Source of the DNA: Pseudomonadales bacterium | GTDB lineage: Bacteria > Pseudomonadota > Gammaproteobacteria > Pseudomonadales > Azotimanducaceae | Length of the DNA: 32,000 nt | Assembly (NCBI GenBank): GCA_041752315.1 | Contig: JBGSHJ010000015.1 | Coordinates: forward strand, 1 to 32,000 | Direction of reading: 5' to 3' | Translations under genes and position numbers: made by a program | The notes under the pieces: model-generated | Told to the model about the DNA's origin: nothing | The model's database searches: none | The model's input: the letters and a program-made list of their open reading frames with translations, nothing else | Shown here: in pieces, positions 16,280-25,822 of the stretch | How the letters are laid out: the number at the start of each line of letters is the position of its first letter | How positions within the stretch are numbered: the first letter of the stretch is position 1

Positions 16280-17761
16280 TCAGGCGAACCGGGCACCAAT
16301 GAATTCCCGGACCTGCTGACGTTCCGGTGACGTGAGCAGAACACGCAAGCCCAGAACCAGCAATCCAACGAGACCGACGCCAAGTGTCACCGTCTGTGCA
16401 GGCTCTCCCCATTGCTGGCCCAGCCACGTGGCGAGCAACCCCAGTGACAATGTCGCAGCCATGACAACCAGCGTCGGCCGATAGCTCCAGGCCAGTGGAT
16501 AAACACGCTGGGCAAGCCATGAAGCAACGATGGCCCTGACCAGGAAACCGGTCATCACACCCAGGCCAACACCCAACAGGCCAAACAGGGGGGCCAGCAG
16601 GACAATGCCGAGGACTGTGGCAACCAGGGCTGCACCGTACGCATACAGGTTCAGGTAGCTGCGCATGGAAAGTCCGATGCCAACTTCGGTGATCCAGCTG
16701 ATCGCCTGAATGGCCAGCCCCATCGCCAGCGGGAACACGACGACGGCGGCATCGGCATATCGATCAGACGCCAGCAACACAATGAGCGGCTGCGCCAGCA
16801 GCGTGAGCGTCAGCACCATCAGACACATGACCCACGTGAAGAGCTTCAACACCAGGTTGAACGTCTGCGATGCATCCGCCTGTTTGTGCAGCGAGAGCGA
16901 AAATGGCCCCCAGGCAGTCTGAAAGGCGCTCACGACCAGCCCGATGAGGATGGCGATCCTGGTGGCCACTGCATACAGACCCAGCGCTTCAACCGCCAGC
17001 AGATCGGCGATGAGTGTACGTTCCAGGGTTGGTGAAAAAGCCCCCACCACACAGACAATTCCGATGGGAGTCGCGAACGGCAGGATCTCGCGCACGCGCC
17101 TGAAGTCACGTGGCAGGACCAGCCATTTCCGTATGAAAAACACTCCCAGCAGCCCAAACACCATGTTGGTGCCCAACCCCACCCACAACACACCTTCGAC
17201 GCCCACCTCAAGGAAGAGGACCGCCACCACCAGGCAAACCGTATGGGTGAGCGCAAACCCGATCGCCATCATGAGGTACTGACGACGGGCAAACGTCCAC
17301 TTCAAGAGCCCCTGCGTAAAGTTGATCAGGAGCAGAAACGGCAGTTGCAACAGTACGATCCGGAACAGGTGCGCAGCATCCGGAGCAGCAATCAGGAGTT
17401 GAGCTATCCACTGCGAGCCAACCCAGAGAAGCGGCAGCAGCATCACCAGCACGGTCAGCTGAAACACCAGGGATTGCGAGATCAGCTGGCGTCGATGGTC
17501 GGTGTCTTCATCCGCATAGAAGTAGCGCGCAACTGCAGAGTCCTGACCGAACACAAACGAGATGGTCATGAAACTGGCCAGCACCAGAAAGTAGTCGAGC
17601 ACGCCATAATCAACCAGCGAGAAGTGACGCGCGAGGAGCGGAAAGGTGACCAGCGCCAATACCGAACTCACTGCTGCGGCGCCACCATACAGCGCCGTAT
17701 CCTTCAGCAGAAAACCGAGGCGGCCACGCAACGAGAGGTCAATGGGAGCGGAGTCGCTCAT
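16280..17761 (-). CDS. wzx: Polysaccharide/oligosaccharide flippase (Wzx-like, MOP superfamily)
   Basis: The 493-aa protein is very hydrophobic and multi-spanning. Its N-terminus (LLKDTALYGGAAAVSSVLALVTFPLLARHFSLVDYGV) is typical of Wzx flippases. It is the last gene of the glycan cluster. Confidence 0.8.
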   Translation of the reverse strand: MSDSAPIDLSLRGRLGFLLKDTALYGGAAAVSSVLALVTFPLLARHFSLVDYGVLDYFLVLASFMTISFVFGQDSAVARYFYADEDTDHRRQLISQSLVFQLTVLVMLLPLLWVGSQWIAQLLIAAPDAAHLFRIVLLQLPFLLLINFTQGLLKWTFARRQYLMMAIGFALTHTVCLVVAVLFLEVGVEGVLWVGLGTNMVFGLLGVFFIRKWLVLPRDFRRVREILPFATPIGIVCVVGAFSPTLERTLIADLLAVEALGLYAVATRIAILIGLVVSAFQTAWGPFSLSLHKQADASQTFNLVLKLFTWVMCLMVLTLTLLAQPLIVLLASDRYADAAVVVFPLAMGLAIQAISWITEVGIGLSMRSYLNLYAYGAALVATVLGIVLLAPLFGLLGVGLGVMTGFLVRAIVASWLAQRVYPLAWSYRPTLVVMAATLSLGLLATWLGQQWGEPAQTVTLGVGLVGLLVLGLRVLLTSPERQQVREFIGARFA

Positions 17762-17840
17762 TGCCCGCGTTCACCCAGGCGCCCATGGATCCGGAATTGG
17801 CGCGCAACGGGGAACCGGTATGACAATCCCACGACGTGAC

Positions 17841-19142
17841 CTAGTACGGCGCCAGCAGCAGATCCAGCCACTGTCGGGCCAGGCTGCTGCCGTTGTAGCG
17901 GTTGAACCACGTCTTTGCGCCACGTCCAATGGCTGCCCTTTTTTCCGGGTGATCGGCCATGTCCAGCAAATGCACGAGAATGTCGTCCTGGGTACGTACC
18001 GGCAGCATCGGTGGCGGTGGATGGCCGAAGATCCGTGCATACTCACCTGTTGCAAAGTTGAAGCCCTGCAGCAGAGGGCGGCCTACGGCAAGGGCTTCCC
18101 AGCCAGTACCACCCCAGAGAATCCTGGGTACGTCATAAAACTCGCCGACCCCGACGTCGACACGGGAAAGCAGCCACATCAGTTCCCGACGATCCATCTT
18201 CGGTAACCAGTGAACGTACGCGCCGATGCCCAACTCCATGATCAGCTGTCTGGTCACCTCGACATCCGGACCGTACTCGACGATCAACAGGCGAGGTTCG
18301 AGATCCGGACGGCGTTTGATGAGATCCGCAAACGCATGCAACAACCAGTCATTGTTCTTGTTTTCCTTGATCCAGGCCTCGTTTGAATAACTGCCGGGAT
18401 TGGTCCAGAACAGGCGCGCCTGATGCAGAATCGTCAAGCCGGACCGAGCCATGATCTTGCTGGCAGCCTGCAAGGTCGTGGTGAGTGGAGCATCCGGAAA
18501 CGCCTTCTCGACATACACAGCCGGTATCGCAAGCTTCAGCGGGACGATGCCGGCGTTGATCAACACATCATGGGTGAGACCCATCTCTGCATTCAGCACA
18601 TGTTTCGCCGCCCGGATACCCGCTGTCTGCAGGCGGGTTATGTGCTCCCCCACCAGGCGATTGATGCCGAACAGGCCATCAAATCGCTGGACAAATTCTC
18701 CGGAGCGCAGGAACTCCACACCGGTTGAGTAGGGAAAGAAGATGTCCAGTGAAAGTCCTGCCCTGGCGAGGTTGGCTGGAGAAATTCCGGAGGCCATGAG
18801 TCTGTCGTAGTCACCATACGTACGCAGAATCAGCGCCTTCGACACCGGCTGTGCCCAGCCATCCTGCATGCCGAGCCACGATCTGAGCATCGAGCGCAAT
18901 GCCATCATCCAGGACCACGGGAACTCGAGCGCCGTAACCAGCGCGTTGGGGATCGCTGTCTGGTGGATGTATGGCTGCCATCGGTGGATGTCCCATGTAT
19001 CACTTTCCGGTTTGAAGTGGCTGAGGGATTTCTGGCCGTCGTTTGCGTACAACAGCAGATGGGCATCCGCGCCCAGGTCACGGAAGTACCGCATGATCGC
19101 AAAGTTGGCATTGTTCATGTTGCCAATCAGTGCAATCTTCAT
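17841..19142 (-). CDS. Putative glycosyltransferase (divergent, GT-B/GT4-like)
   Basis: The 433-aa ORF starts [14 protein letters not shown] (Rossmann-like). Its C-terminal half has an EX7E-like segment (VGVGEFYDVPRILWGGTGWEALAVGRP). It shares an ATGA overlap with the upstream hisF-like gene. Confidence 0.55.
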   Translation of the reverse strand: MKIALIGNMNNANFAIMRYFRDLGADAHLLLYANDGQKSLSHFKPESDTWDIHRWQPYIHQTAIPNALVTALEFPWSWMMALRSMLRSWLGMQDGWAQPVSKALILRTYGDYDRLMASGISPANLARAGLSLDIFFPYSTGVEFLRSGEFVQRFDGLFGINRLVGEHITRLQTAGIRAAKHVLNAEMGLTHDVLINAGIVPLKLAIPAVYVEKAFPDAPLTTTLQAASKIMARSGLTILHQARLFWTNPGSYSNEAWIKENKNNDWLLHAFADLIKRRPDLEPRLLIVEYGPDVEVTRQLIMELGIGAYVHWLPKMDRRELMWLLSRVDVGVGEFYDVPRILWGGTGWEALAVGRPLLQGFNFATGEYARIFGHPPPPMLPVRTQDDILVHLLDMADHPEKRAAIGRGAKTWFNRYNGSSLARQWLDLLLAPY

Positions 19143-19906
19143 CGCAGCACATCTTCGATCAGCTGCGGCTCAGGAAAGTTCACCAGCACGCCCATACCCT
19201 GGCGCTGAAAGACCACCATGCTCCCGAGTGCCACCGCGGATGCGTGCGCCTGTTTCACCACCTTGCCGATATCCTGCACCGTGCCCGCGCCGCCGTGTGC
19301 AATCACGGGGATGGACACCGAATCCGCGACTCGCCTGACCAGTTCCAGATCAAATCCCTGCCACGAACCTTCGCGATCGATCGACGTAAGCAGGATTTCA
19401 CCCGCGCCGCGACGTTCAACTTCCATCGCCCACTGCACCGGGTCACGCCGGGTGTTGTGCCGGCCGGACCGCGTATGCACGGTCGCTCCACCCCAGAATC
19501 CGGACCTGACATCGATCGAGGCCACCACCGCCTGACTGCCGTACTGCTCAGCGATCCGGGTCAGCAGGTCAGGGTTGTCCGCAGCCGCCGTATTGATGGC
19601 CACCTTCTCGAAGCCGATATCAAACACCGATCGGGCATCGTCCAGCGAGCGGATGCCGCCACCGTAACCCAGTGGCATGAAACACTCATCGGCAATGTCG
19701 GCCAGCATCTTCAGGTTGGGACCGCGGCCTTCGCGACTGGCCAGGATGTCGAGAAACAGCAGTTCGTCGACTTCCAGTTCGTTGAATATGCGCACTGTGT
19801 TGCAGGGATCACCCACATAGCTGAACCGGCCAAAGCGCACTGTCTTCACCAGACTTTCACGGAGCAGAAGGAGCACCGGGATGATCCGCGTTCGCAGCGC
19901 GTTCAT
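19139..19906 (-). CDS. wbuZ: HisF-like cyclase subunit (WbuZ-type) of the sugar acetamidino-forming triad
   Basis: The 255-aa ORF contains RIIPVLLL...VKTVRF...[25 protein letters not shown]...GGGIRS, which is clear HisF-family. Its context with the hisH-like and wbuX-like genes is characteristic. Confidence 0.88.
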   Translation of the reverse strand: MNALRTRIIPVLLLLRESLVKTVRFGRFSYVGDPCNTVRIFNELEVDELLFLDILASREGRGPNLKMLADIADECFMPLGYGGGIRSLDDARSVFDIGFEKVAINTAAADNPDLLTRIAEQYGSQAVVASIDVRSGFWGGATVHTRSGRHNTRRDPVQWAMEVERRGAGEILLTSIDREGSWQGFDLELVRRVADSVSIPVIAHGGAGTVQDIGKVVKQAHASAVALGSMVVFQRQGMGVLVNFPEPQLIEDVLR

Positions 19907-20487
19907 AACGCGGCAAAGTTCCCGAGTATCTGCATGCCAAAACGATGACTTTTTTCCGGATGAAACTGAACACCAAAGATGTTGTCACGCCCGATGGCGG
20001 CGTCGAAGTCGAGGCCATAGTGGGTGCGCATCAGGGAGTGCGAAGGTTCGTCCACCTGCACCCAGTACGCATGCACAAAATAGTAGCGTGATTGGCTGTC
20101 TATCCCGGTTGTAAGCGGGCTGGGTGTTGTCGGGCTCGCAATGTTCCAACCCATATGTGGAACCTTGAGTCCGTCCTGCCTCGGAAAACGCCGGGTGGTA
20201 CCTGGTATCCATCCCAGGCCCGCGAGCCGGCCTTCTTCGCTCGACCGGGTGAGCAACTGCATGCCGAGACAGACACCCAGCACCGGTACGCGCTCGGTCA
20301 GTGCCTTCCCGCGCAAGACTTCCAGCAAGCCCGGTGCGTGGTTGATCCGCTCCATGGCCGCATCAAACGCACCCACACCAGGCAGCACAATTTTCCGTGC
20401 GTATCTGATCACTTCGGGATCGGCCTCGATGGTGGCTTTTGCCCCGATGCGCTTGAACATGTTGCGCAGGGAACCGGGATTGCCCAT
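19903..20487 (-). CDS. wbuY: HisH-like glutamine amidotransferase subunit (WbuY-type); the true start is probably upstream of the first canonical start codon
   Basis: The ORF contains GMGN...LPGVGAF...GVCLGMQLL...VQFHPEKS, the class I glutaminase Cys-His motifs. The in-frame upstream codons encode AIIITIVNYG, the conserved first beta-strand, with no ATG/GTG/TTG (see findings). Confidence 0.85.
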   Translation of the reverse strand: MGNPGSLRNMFKRIGAKATIEADPEVIRYARKIVLPGVGAFDAAMERINHAPGLLEVLRGKALTERVPVLGVCLGMQLLTRSSEEGRLAGLGWIPGTTRRFPRQDGLKVPHMGWNIASPTTPSPLTTGIDSQSRYYFVHAYWVQVDEPSHSLMRTHYGLDFDAAIGRDNIFGVQFHPEKSHRFGMQILGNFAAL

Positions 20488-20504
20488 GCCATAGTTGACG
20501 ATGG

Positions 20505-21692
20505 TTATGATGATGGCCCCCTGCCTGGAAAACAGTATTTCAGGTAGAAACTCATCGGCACAAGATTGGCCTTGGCCAGCACCAGAAACAGCGGGCGCAA
20601 CCTCTCGAAGCGTTTTTTGTAGGTGGGGAACTCGGTCCAGCTTTTGGGTACCGACTGCATGACGGCCTCGTACTGCGCATCACTCAGACCAAGACGCTTC
20701 TTGAAGTAACTGACCAGCTCGTCTTCGATCACGGGTGGTGTGTTGTATTCCGCCCACGCCTGGGCTCGCGACAACTCGCCAACGCGCACACGTGCGGACA
20801 GTGTGTTGTTGCGCATGTCACTGTGGAACTTCTGCGGCAGATAGATGCCGTGACAAAACGCGGTCATCCTGTTTTCCAGGTGATGGCCGCCATAGTACTG
20901 CCAGTCAAAATTGCTCCCGAGGAACTGCCTCGCAGCTTCTTTCGAGTACCCGATGTACCAGAATGGCCGGATGAACTTCGTCCGCTCAAGAATGGCGGAC
21001 CTGAGAAATCGCGTGAACGTCATCAACGGGTAAGTTTTCATCCGGACCCTGCCAAACCGGCGATGGATGGCCTGGATGTACCGTCCGTCAAAGTAGTTTC
21101 GGCCCAGTGGCGTGATACCTTCGGCGACAAAGGAATGTCCTTCGAGGATGTACTTGATCGAGTATTTCGCGGCGACCTTCCTCAGCAGCCAGGCATATCC
21201 CAGATCTGTCGAAGCTTCGATTTCGGCTACGCCGGACAGAAAAAACGCACGGAAGATGTCGTCCGCCTCCTTGTTGTCGACCACGTGTGTATACAGATCC
21301 ACATCCAGGCACTTCAGCACTTTCTGGATGTTCATGGTCGCAATGGCTGAATTCCAGGTGTTGTCGTAGTGCACTGCCAGGGGGCGCAGCCCCCAGTGCC
21401 TGGCCAGATAAACCAGGTACGAAGAATCCGTACCTCCGCTGACACCAACAATGCAGTCATACTTCCTGCCAGCGCCACTGCGCTTGATGTCGGCAAGTAT
21501 TCCCGCAAAGAGCGTTTCCCCTTTCTCCTGACCCGTGCCGTACTGGCTGACCAGCCCTTCCACCTGGCGGCAGTAGTTGCAGACACCTTCAGCATCAAAC
21601 TGAATCGAAGAAACACGCTCATCGTAGATGCAGCGCGCGCAAATCTGCAGATCCACATTGTTGATACAGGTGTCCAGCAGCTGCAGATTCAT
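20505..21692 (-). CDS. wbuX: N-acetyl sugar amidotransferase (WbuX-type, PP-loop ATP pyrophosphatase)
   Basis: The ORF has the PP-loop motif VGVSGGTDSSY and an N-terminal Cys-rich segment (CARCIYDE...GVCNYC). I place the start at the ATG at 21692, which forms an ATGA overlap with the formyltransferase stop. The 55 extra N-terminal codons in the ORF track are Arg/Gly-rich and overlap the upstream gene. Confidence 0.85.
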   Translation of the reverse strand: MNLQLLDTCINNVDLQICARCIYDERVSSIQFDAEGVCNYCRQVEGLVSQYGTGQEKGETLFAGILADIKRSGAGRKYDCIVGVSGGTDSSYLVYLARHWGLRPLAVHYDNTWNSAIATMNIQKVLKCLDVDLYTHVVDNKEADDIFRAFFLSGVAEIEASTDLGYAWLLRKVAAKYSIKYILEGHSFVAEGITPLGRNYFDGRYIQAIHRRFGRVRMKTYPLMTFTRFLRSAILERTKFIRPFWYIGYSKEAARQFLGSNFDWQYYGGHHLENRMTAFCHGIYLPQKFHSDMRNNTLSARVRVGELSRAQAWAEYNTPPVIEDELVSYFKKRLGLSDAQYEAVMQSVPKSWTEFPTYKKRFERLRPLFLVLAKANLVPMSFYLKYCFPGRGPSS

Positions 21693-22651
21693 GACGTTTT
21701 GCGCCAGATGTTTTCCAGTTGCTGGCCACCTGGCCCGAGAAGCTCGGCCAGTTCCGGCTCCGACCAGGTTCGGTTGTCGTAGTCGATTTCCTGCAGGACG
21801 ATGACACCGTCCCGACACCCGACCGCATACCGATCTGCAGCAGTTCGCTGGATGCACCCGATCCCGACATGCCGTTTGTCACACGAAGGCCGAGCCACCC
21901 AGAAGGTCATGCGTTGACCTTGAAGCATGCTGAAGGCACCCGGATAAGGCCGGGTCTGCGCACGGATGAATCGATCGATCGAAGCCACATCCTGGTTCCA
22001 GTCGATCAGGCCATCTTCGGGCGATCGTTGGGGAAAGACCCGTCGCAGGCCTTCATCCTGCTCATGCAGGGTCAGCGTTCCCTTTGCCAGGGCCGGCAGA
22101 GCGTGCTGCAACAACTCCACGCCTCGCTCCTCGATCCGGGCATACAGCGAGGCGATGGTGTCATCACCGTATATGGTTTCTTCGGCTTGAGCGGCTACTG
22201 GCCCTGAATCGATCCCGTCGTTCATCTGGAACAACGTGATGCCAGTCCTGGTTTCGCCGTTGATCATCGCCCAGACCAGCGGTGCGCCGCCGCTGTAGTC
22301 CGGCAGCAGCGAAGCATGCAATCCGTAAGCGGGAGCAAAAGCTCGCCATCGCCTGGGGATCATGTGGTACCAGCCTGCCACGACAAAGGCGTCCGGCCGC
22401 CATGCGCATACCGTGTCGAACAGGTGAGGTTCATTCATCGAGCGCTGCAACACCGCGAACGGAATCTTCCTCGCTTCCGCCGCACCAGCCATATTCGCGT
22501 GCAGCACGTTGGTTACACCGGCAGGTCGATAGGAAATGGCGAAGGTCTGTGGCGCGGTAACCAGACCAACCACATCGATACCGGCAGTTTCGATACAGGC
22601 GTCGAGGCAACGCAGACCGAACGTGCTTGAACCGATGAAGACAATTTTCAC
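21689..22651 (-). CDS. Formyltransferase (Fmt/ArnA-N-like, likely a sugar N-formyltransferase)
   Basis: The 320-aa ORF contains MKIVFIGSSTFG...VVGLVTAP...HASLLPDYSGGAPLVWAMINGE (formyl_trans_N catalytic region) plus a C-terminal Fmt-like domain. Confidence 0.85.
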   Translation of the reverse strand: MKIVFIGSSTFGLRCLDACIETAGIDVVGLVTAPQTFAISYRPAGVTNVLHANMAGAAEARKIPFAVLQRSMNEPHLFDTVCAWRPDAFVVAGWYHMIPRRWRAFAPAYGLHASLLPDYSGGAPLVWAMINGETRTGITLFQMNDGIDSGPVAAQAEETIYGDDTIASLYARIEERGVELLQHALPALAKGTLTLHEQDEGLRRVFPQRSPEDGLIDWNQDVASIDRFIRAQTRPYPGAFSMLQGQRMTFWVARPSCDKRHVGIGCIQRTAADRYAVGCRDGVIVLQEIDYDNRTWSEPELAELLGPGGQQLENIWRKTS

Positions 22652-22658
22652 AACAATC

Positions 22659-23561
22659 TCACTTCGACGCGATCACCGTGATGCCGGATTCTTCGACATG
22701 CAGGCGATCAATGCGCAGATCGGCTCGGGCACAAAACGTCTCGATTTCCCCAGGAGTATGCCGGAAACAATTGAGCGGACGGAACCAGTCGAAGTTGATG
22801 TGGTTCATTTCGTCGAGACTGTAGTCCGGGCGGTAGTACGCCTTGCAGATCTTGTAGTAAAACAGCCGCTGCAGGTTGTACCTGCCTTTTTCAATGCCCA
22901 GGTACGGAATGGCTTCATCAACCTCGATCTCGATGTTCAGGTCCCCCAGCGTCTTGCCCAGCCTGGTCAACGGCTCGAGCGCTTTCCAGGCCTCGGTATT
23001 GTCCATGGCTGACAGCGCCGCTCGAATATGGTCATCGGTAAACTCACGAACCGGCGCTTTTTTCACGTACACGTAGAACAGGAACTTCCCCCCGGCTTTC
23101 AAACGTCTCGACAGCTCCAGGATGGCCTTTTCAACACTGTCGGTATGGTGCAACACACCTTCGGAAAAGATCACATCAAACTGGCCGTGGTGTTCGGGGA
23201 TCGCGTTCAGATCGCATTGCTCAAAACGGGCTGGAATTCCCTGTTCTGAAAATCGCTGCTGGGCGACCTCGGTTGCCCGGGATATGTCGACACCGAGATA
23301 GTGATGATGTTTCAGGTGATCACCAAACAGCAGCAGCGCTGATCCGCCGCTTCCACACCCGGCATCGAGGATGTTCCTTGCACCCTGCCCCGATGCCAGC
23401 AGTTGTTCGAGGCGCGCGTGATCACCATCGAAATACTTGTCGAACAGCCAGCGTTTCCACTCCTGCTGTACAGCTTCGGATTCGTACGTGTCGCGTTTTT
23501 TCCACTTGAATCCGAAGGTCTCTTCGGTCTGGCGCTGCGCTGGTGAAGTCTTGTCAGTCAA
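22659..23561 (-). CDS. Class I SAM-dependent methyltransferase
   Basis: The 300-aa ORF has SAM-binding motif I (ILDAGCGSGGSALLL) and a downstream acidic loop (LGVDIS). It lies 7 nt upstream of the formyltransferase gene. Confidence 0.85.
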   Translation of the reverse strand: MTDKTSPAQRQTEETFGFKWKKRDTYESEAVQQEWKRWLFDKYFDGDHARLEQLLASGQGARNILDAGCGSGGSALLLFGDHLKHHHYLGVDISRATEVAQQRFSEQGIPARFEQCDLNAIPEHHGQFDVIFSEGVLHHTDSVEKAILELSRRLKAGGKFLFYVYVKKAPVREFTDDHIRAALSAMDNTEAWKALEPLTRLGKTLGDLNIEIEVDEAIPYLGIEKGRYNLQRLFYYKICKAYYRPDYSLDEMNHINFDWFRPLNCFRHTPGEIETFCARADLRIDRLHVEESGITVIASK

Positions 23562-23595
23562 TGCAGTTCTCTCTATCGGCTCTATGGCTGGGTAT

Positions 23596-25488
23596 TCAAT
23601 GGGCAGGTTGCACGTCTTTCATCCACGCCTCCACGTTCAGCAACGACCAGATCAGCAACCGGCGATTTTCCTCGCCACGCAGGTGCTGTTCGATCAACGG
23701 TGCCACCGCCTGTCGGTCCAGCACGTCATAGATGCGTGCGCTGCCATCAAGCAGGGTGCGCTTCACGAAATCGATACTCTCCCCCTTGAACCAGCTCGCA
23801 TCCGGGGAGGAAAAACCCTGCTTTTCTGCAATGGCGATGTCGGCAGGAATGTATCGGCTCATCATGTCCCGCAGGATCTGTTTTCCATCGCTGGTCTTCT
23901 GGAAATAGACGCTCCGTTTATCGCGATGGTCGTTTTCGTTGATCTTCAGCACCTGGGCAAGGTTGTTCAGCTTCAGGCCAACCGGACACTGCATCGCAAA
24001 GTCCACCAGGTCGTTGTCCATGAATGGCACCCGGTTTTCCAGGCCATGTGCCATGCTGAGTTTGTCTTCCACCACAAACAGGCCATGCAGGAAGGTCTTT
24101 GCCTCGAAATAGAGGCTGTGATTGATATAGTCCTCGGGCCGATCGAGCACATTGTCGTGGCTGGCAAACACATCACGGAATATATCGCGCGTATGCACGG
24201 TTTCGACTTCCCGCCGTACCGGCGCAAACATCCGCGTGATTTCACGGCTGTGCAACATTCGCTGCCAATAGGCGTAGTACTGATCGATATAGTGCTCGAA
24301 GTTCTGGCTGCCGGCGGCTCGATAGTAACGCCAGGGATATCCGCCAAACAGTTCGTCTCCACCACTGCCTGAAAGAACCACCTTCACAAACTTGCTGGCG
24401 AGTTTCGCAGCATAATAATTGGGATAACTCTGACCAACCCTCGGTTCTTCGAGGTGACGGGCAACATTGGGCAGACATCGCTCCATGTCGCCGGCCTTGA
24501 GCACCATTTCGTAGTGTTCGGTCTTGAACCGGGCCGACATGTACTCGGCCTTGGGTCGTTCGTCAAAGGACAGCTCGATGCCCGACGCAGAGCTGAGATC
24601 GAAGCCGCAGGTGAAGCTCTTCAGATTCGGAAAGGACTGCGCGGCAATGGCAGTGATCGAACCGCTGTCCATGCCACCACTCAGGTAGCTGCCAAGTTCC
24701 ACATCGCCCACCAGCTGACGATTGACGGCCTGGCGGAAAAGGCGGTCGAGTTCCTCAAGGTATTCCGCGCGACTCCCCGGATGATCCGGTTCGCGAAAGC
24801 GATAATCCCAATAGCGCTGGACGCGCAGCACCGCGAGTTGTCCGTCGGAGTGGGCATCCATCGTGGCGTAGTGACCCGCTGGCAGCAGGTGGATGTCCTC
24901 CAGCAATGTCTGGTCAGTGAAGATGTTCTGGAAAGTGAAATACTCGAGCAGCGCTGGTTTGTTCAGTCTACGACTGAACCCCGGTTGAGCGGTGATGGCC
25001 TTCTGCTCGGACGCAAATGCAAACCCGTTCCCCTGCCTTGCGTAGTACAGCGGCTTGATGCCATAACGGTCGCGAGCCAGCAGTAACGACTGCTCCTTGC
25101 GATCCCACAGGCCGAGAGCAAACATCCCGTTGAACCGGAGCAACGCACCGGTTCCCCAGTGCGCCAGTGCATTCAGTACGACCTCGCTGTCGGTCAGGCT
25201 GCGGAAGTGGTAACCAACCCGCTCAAGCTCCGTCCGCAATTGGACAAAATTGTAGATTTCGCCGTTGTAGGTCAACACGTAGCGCTGATCGGTGCTGATC
25301 ATCGGCTGATGTCCACCGGGACCCGGATCAATGATGGCAAGACGACGATGGCCCAAACCCACATTGTCCTCGATCCAGCGACCTTCTCCGTCCGGCCCAC
25401 GATGGGCGATGGTGTCGGTCATCTTCTGCAGGATGACTGGCGAAACCGGGGACCCGGCGGGAAGAATCAGGCCGACAATGCCACACAT
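23596..25488 (-). CDS. asnB: Asparagine synthase (glutamine-hydrolysing) homologue, a WbpS/WbtH-like sugar amidotransferase candidate
   Basis: The 630-aa ORF has an N-terminal MCGIVGL (Ntn nucleophile Cys2) and an SGGMDS PP-loop motif, the full AsnB architecture. It sits inside a glycan cluster. Confidence 0.9.
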   Translation of the reverse strand: MCGIVGLILPAGSPVSPVILQKMTDTIAHRGPDGEGRWIEDNVGLGHRRLAIIDPGPGGHQPMISTDQRYVLTYNGEIYNFVQLRTELERVGYHFRSLTDSEVVLNALAHWGTGALLRFNGMFALGLWDRKEQSLLLARDRYGIKPLYYARQGNGFAFASEQKAITAQPGFSRRLNKPALLEYFTFQNIFTDQTLLEDIHLLPAGHYATMDAHSDGQLAVLRVQRYWDYRFREPDHPGSRAEYLEELDRLFRQAVNRQLVGDVELGSYLSGGMDSGSITAIAAQSFPNLKSFTCGFDLSSASGIELSFDERPKAEYMSARFKTEHYEMVLKAGDMERCLPNVARHLEEPRVGQSYPNYYAAKLASKFVKVVLSGSGGDELFGGYPWRYYRAAGSQNFEHYIDQYYAYWQRMLHSREITRMFAPVRREVETVHTRDIFRDVFASHDNVLDRPEDYINHSLYFEAKTFLHGLFVVEDKLSMAHGLENRVPFMDNDLVDFAMQCPVGLKLNNLAQVLKINENDHRDKRSVYFQKTSDGKQILRDMMSRYIPADIAIAEKQGFSSPDASWFKGESIDFVKRTLLDGSARIYDVLDRQAVAPLIEQHLRGEENRRLLIWSLLNVEAWMKDVQPAH

Positions 25489-25822
25489 GAGATGGGATCA
25501 GCTCAATGAAGATCGGAGTGGATGCTGGAATCCGGCGATACACCAGGGGGTTTCGCGGGTCGGAAAACAGGTCTTGGCATGGTGGCAGTACCTTCGATTG
25601 ACTCAAGTGGGCGGATTGCCGCCTCTTTCAGCATAGACCGTCGTCGGCAGGATCACGCCACAGGCTGCTGATAAAAAAGACTGCCTGCCTGGCCAGGGAA
25701 GACCCGCTGGGCAGATCGACCCTCCAGGTGGCTGATCTGTCGAGGGCAGGCGCAAGCTCGCATGGGTCAGATCGGGCCGCAGGATCTCCTGTTCAAGACC
25801 CGCTTCCACCTCACGTGACAGT

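Noticed and set aside
19139-20487. The HisH/HisF pair as histidine biosynthesis genes
   Set aside because: No other his genes are adjacent. The pair is preceded by a PP-loop WbuX-type amidotransferase and embedded in a glycan cluster, which is the established WbuXYZ-type arrangement.
23596-25488. The AsnB homologue as a lasso-peptide cyclase (McjC-like), which would make the 334-bp upstream gap a precursor-peptide locus
   Set aside because: The protein keeps the N-terminal Cys2 glutaminase nucleophile (MCGIVGL) and the full AsnB length. No B-type transglutaminase protease or ABC exporter is nearby. The gap has no plausible precursor ORF, and every neighbour is a sugar-modifying enzyme.
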